DNA of 64,000 nucleotides, from the NCBI GenBank assembly GCA_951406725.2, contig OX597822.1, positions 21,142,001 to 21,206,000 on the forward strand, read 5' to 3'. Origin of the DNA: Octopus vulgaris (taxonomy: Eukaryota). The notes beneath the pieces are model-generated. The model was given only the letters and a program-made list of their open reading frames with translations, was not told where the DNA came from and ran no database searches. Position 1 is the first letter of the stretch. Each line of letters opens with the position of its first letter. Positions 61,481 to 64,000 of the stretch are shown here, in pieces. The position numbers were made by a program, and so were the translations under genes.

Positions 61481-62131
61481 AACAGATACAGGTAAAGAAA
61501 TTTACTCTGCAATCACAAAGTTTCATGTTCACCTTGACTGTGCGGCACATGAAGCAAATGTCTTCAGCTGTAGTCCAGCAGTGAATTTGATACAATGAAA
61601 ATAAAGGAAGCCTGCTGTATTATACATCTATACATAAACACATGTGTGTACATATGCATGTGTGTGTGTGCATATGTATGTGTCCATGTGTGTATGTATA
61701 CATATGCATGTATCTGCACTGCCAGAAGCTTTTGTTTTAGCAGAACTGTGAATGATGTTTACAATCGGTATCAACATTATGATTGGTCATTCTGTGCTGA
61801 TGAGTGAAAAATTGTTTACTTTGGAAAGAAATGAAGGTTTGTGTCAGGAAGAACATCTAACCAAACATGCTACCTCAAATATATCATCATCCAGCCCAAG
61901 CTAGCATGGGAAAATATGTTTACCAAATGAATGATAAAGCTAATTTTCCACACTAGCTTACTATCCATATTTTCTTATACTATTCCCATCCAAATTATAA
62001 CCACTTTTTTTTTTCTTTTTGTGATATTTTCTAGGAGTAGTTAAATTCTTCTGAAAATTATTAAAGAAAACGAGAACTTAAACAGTGAAATTAGGTTGGA
62101 TCTTAGAAAGATGAAATGCAGATTTAATCTT

Positions 62132-62366
62132 ATTTCTTTATTGCCCACAAGAGGCTAAACATAGAGGGGACAAACAAGGACAGACAAACAGATGAAGTTG
62201 ATTCCATCGACCCCAGTGCATAACTGGTACTTAATTTATTGACCCCAAAAGATGAAAGGCAAAGTCGACCTCGGTGGAATTTGAACTCAGAACGTAATGG
62301 CAGAAGAAATACCGCTAAGCATTACACTCGACATGCTAACGTTTCTGCCAGCTCGCCACCTTAATT
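62132..62366 (-). mobile_element. Nin-domain SINE, full length, 17-bp TSD
   Basis: TSD AATGCAGAKTTAATCTT at 62115-62131 and 62367-62383; closely similar to 49335-49569. Confidence 0.9.
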
Positions 62367-63503
62367 AATGCAGAGTTAATCTTGGCAGGATTGGAACTTA
62401 GAAGGTAAACAATTGTAACAAGATACAGCAAAGCAATACTTGGCTACAACTGATTTTCCATCAGTTACAATTGATGGTCACTGATTCTATCATCCACTGC
62501 CCTTCACTGATGTTTTTAGATGTTCTATTACATGACATGCAATTCATGGTGACTAAAATAAAAAAAAAAAAAATGATGAAGCCAAATGTAGAATGCTATT
62601 TGTAAATAGTGATGACTATAGCAAGCCACAAACTACTGTCTGCATCTATCAGCAGACTTGAATGTTCATTATGCTAGGATTTATTTATTATTCCCCACCT
62701 CCTCCATTATTTTTTTTTCACTGCTATACAGTTGAAATATATTGTCCATTTTCCTTAATGTACTTAATGTCAGTCATTATTTCTGAGCTGCACTTTAATG
62801 GCAAAAGTTAGAATAAAAAAATCCAAAACAAAATAGGAAACAAAATCCATTATTTGATAGCAAAGACCAGCCAGTTGCTTCCATCTACACTATTTGTATT
62901 TTTAGCCTTCTGTAGGATTCTGGAAATAGTTTTTATACATATATTACTTATTTGAATTTGTTTGTCTGTCTGCTTTTTGCATATACATACACCATGCATA
63001 TATATGCAGATATACATCCATATCAAACCATATACAACAGGATTTATTGATTTGTAACATAGGTACAAGGTGTCAATTTTGGTGGGTGAGTAGATGATTA
63101 GATTGATGCTTATGTTTGTTCTTCATTGGTATTTATTTTCTTGTGCCTTTTCCTTACAAAGTTAAATTAAAGTGGGATTTGAATTTAGAAATATTACTCT
63201 TTTACTCTTTTACTTGTTTCAGTCATTTGACTGCGGCCATGCTGGAGCACCACCTTTAATCGAGCAACTCGACCCCGGGACTTATTCTTTGTAAGCCCAG
63301 TACTTATTCTATCGGTCTCTTTTGCCGAACCGCTAAGTGACGGGGACATAAACACACCAGCATCAGTTGTCAAGCGATGTTGGGGGAACAAACACAGACA
63401 TGCAAACATACACGCACACATATATATATACATATATATACGACGGACTTCTTTCAGTTTCCGTCTACCAAATCCACTCTCAAGGCTTTGGTCGGCCTGA
63501 GGC

Positions 63504-63962
<459 letters not shown>

Positions 63963-64000
63963 GTATATATCATACATACACACACGTTCATATGCACACA

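Overview
Eukaryotic, AT-rich, repeat-dominated DNA, most likely octopus/cephalopod (inferred from SINE families I recognise from memory, not from a search). I found no confidently assignable host protein-coding exon. Almost all supplied ORFs are artefacts of microsatellites, low-complexity tracts or repeats. Recognisable content: decayed full-length mariner (10.7-12.0 kb) and Tc1 (42.7-44.0 kb) transposons; several MITEs (mariner-, piggyBac- and Merlin-like); Helitron pieces including a PIF1-like helicase remnant; four separate RTE-clade LINE remnants (probably different families; one ends in three C2H2 fingers); a CR1-like fragment; a Tx1/L1-like gag-knuckle ORF1 element; a solo LTR; and three SINE families. 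The most interesting signals are three. (i) At least five loci carry hammerhead-ribozyme cores inside short non-coding Penelope/retrozyme-like repeats. One is a young 329-nt tandem-plus-inverted unit whose core has the compensatory U3-A8 variant. (ii) Local fold-back (inverted) duplications recur around (TA)n tracts and copy private mutations of the flank. (iii) An apparently RT-less, ORF1-only Tx1/L1-like element shares its 3' end with the Nin-domain SINE tail. Coordinates were read by eye and may be off by a few bases.
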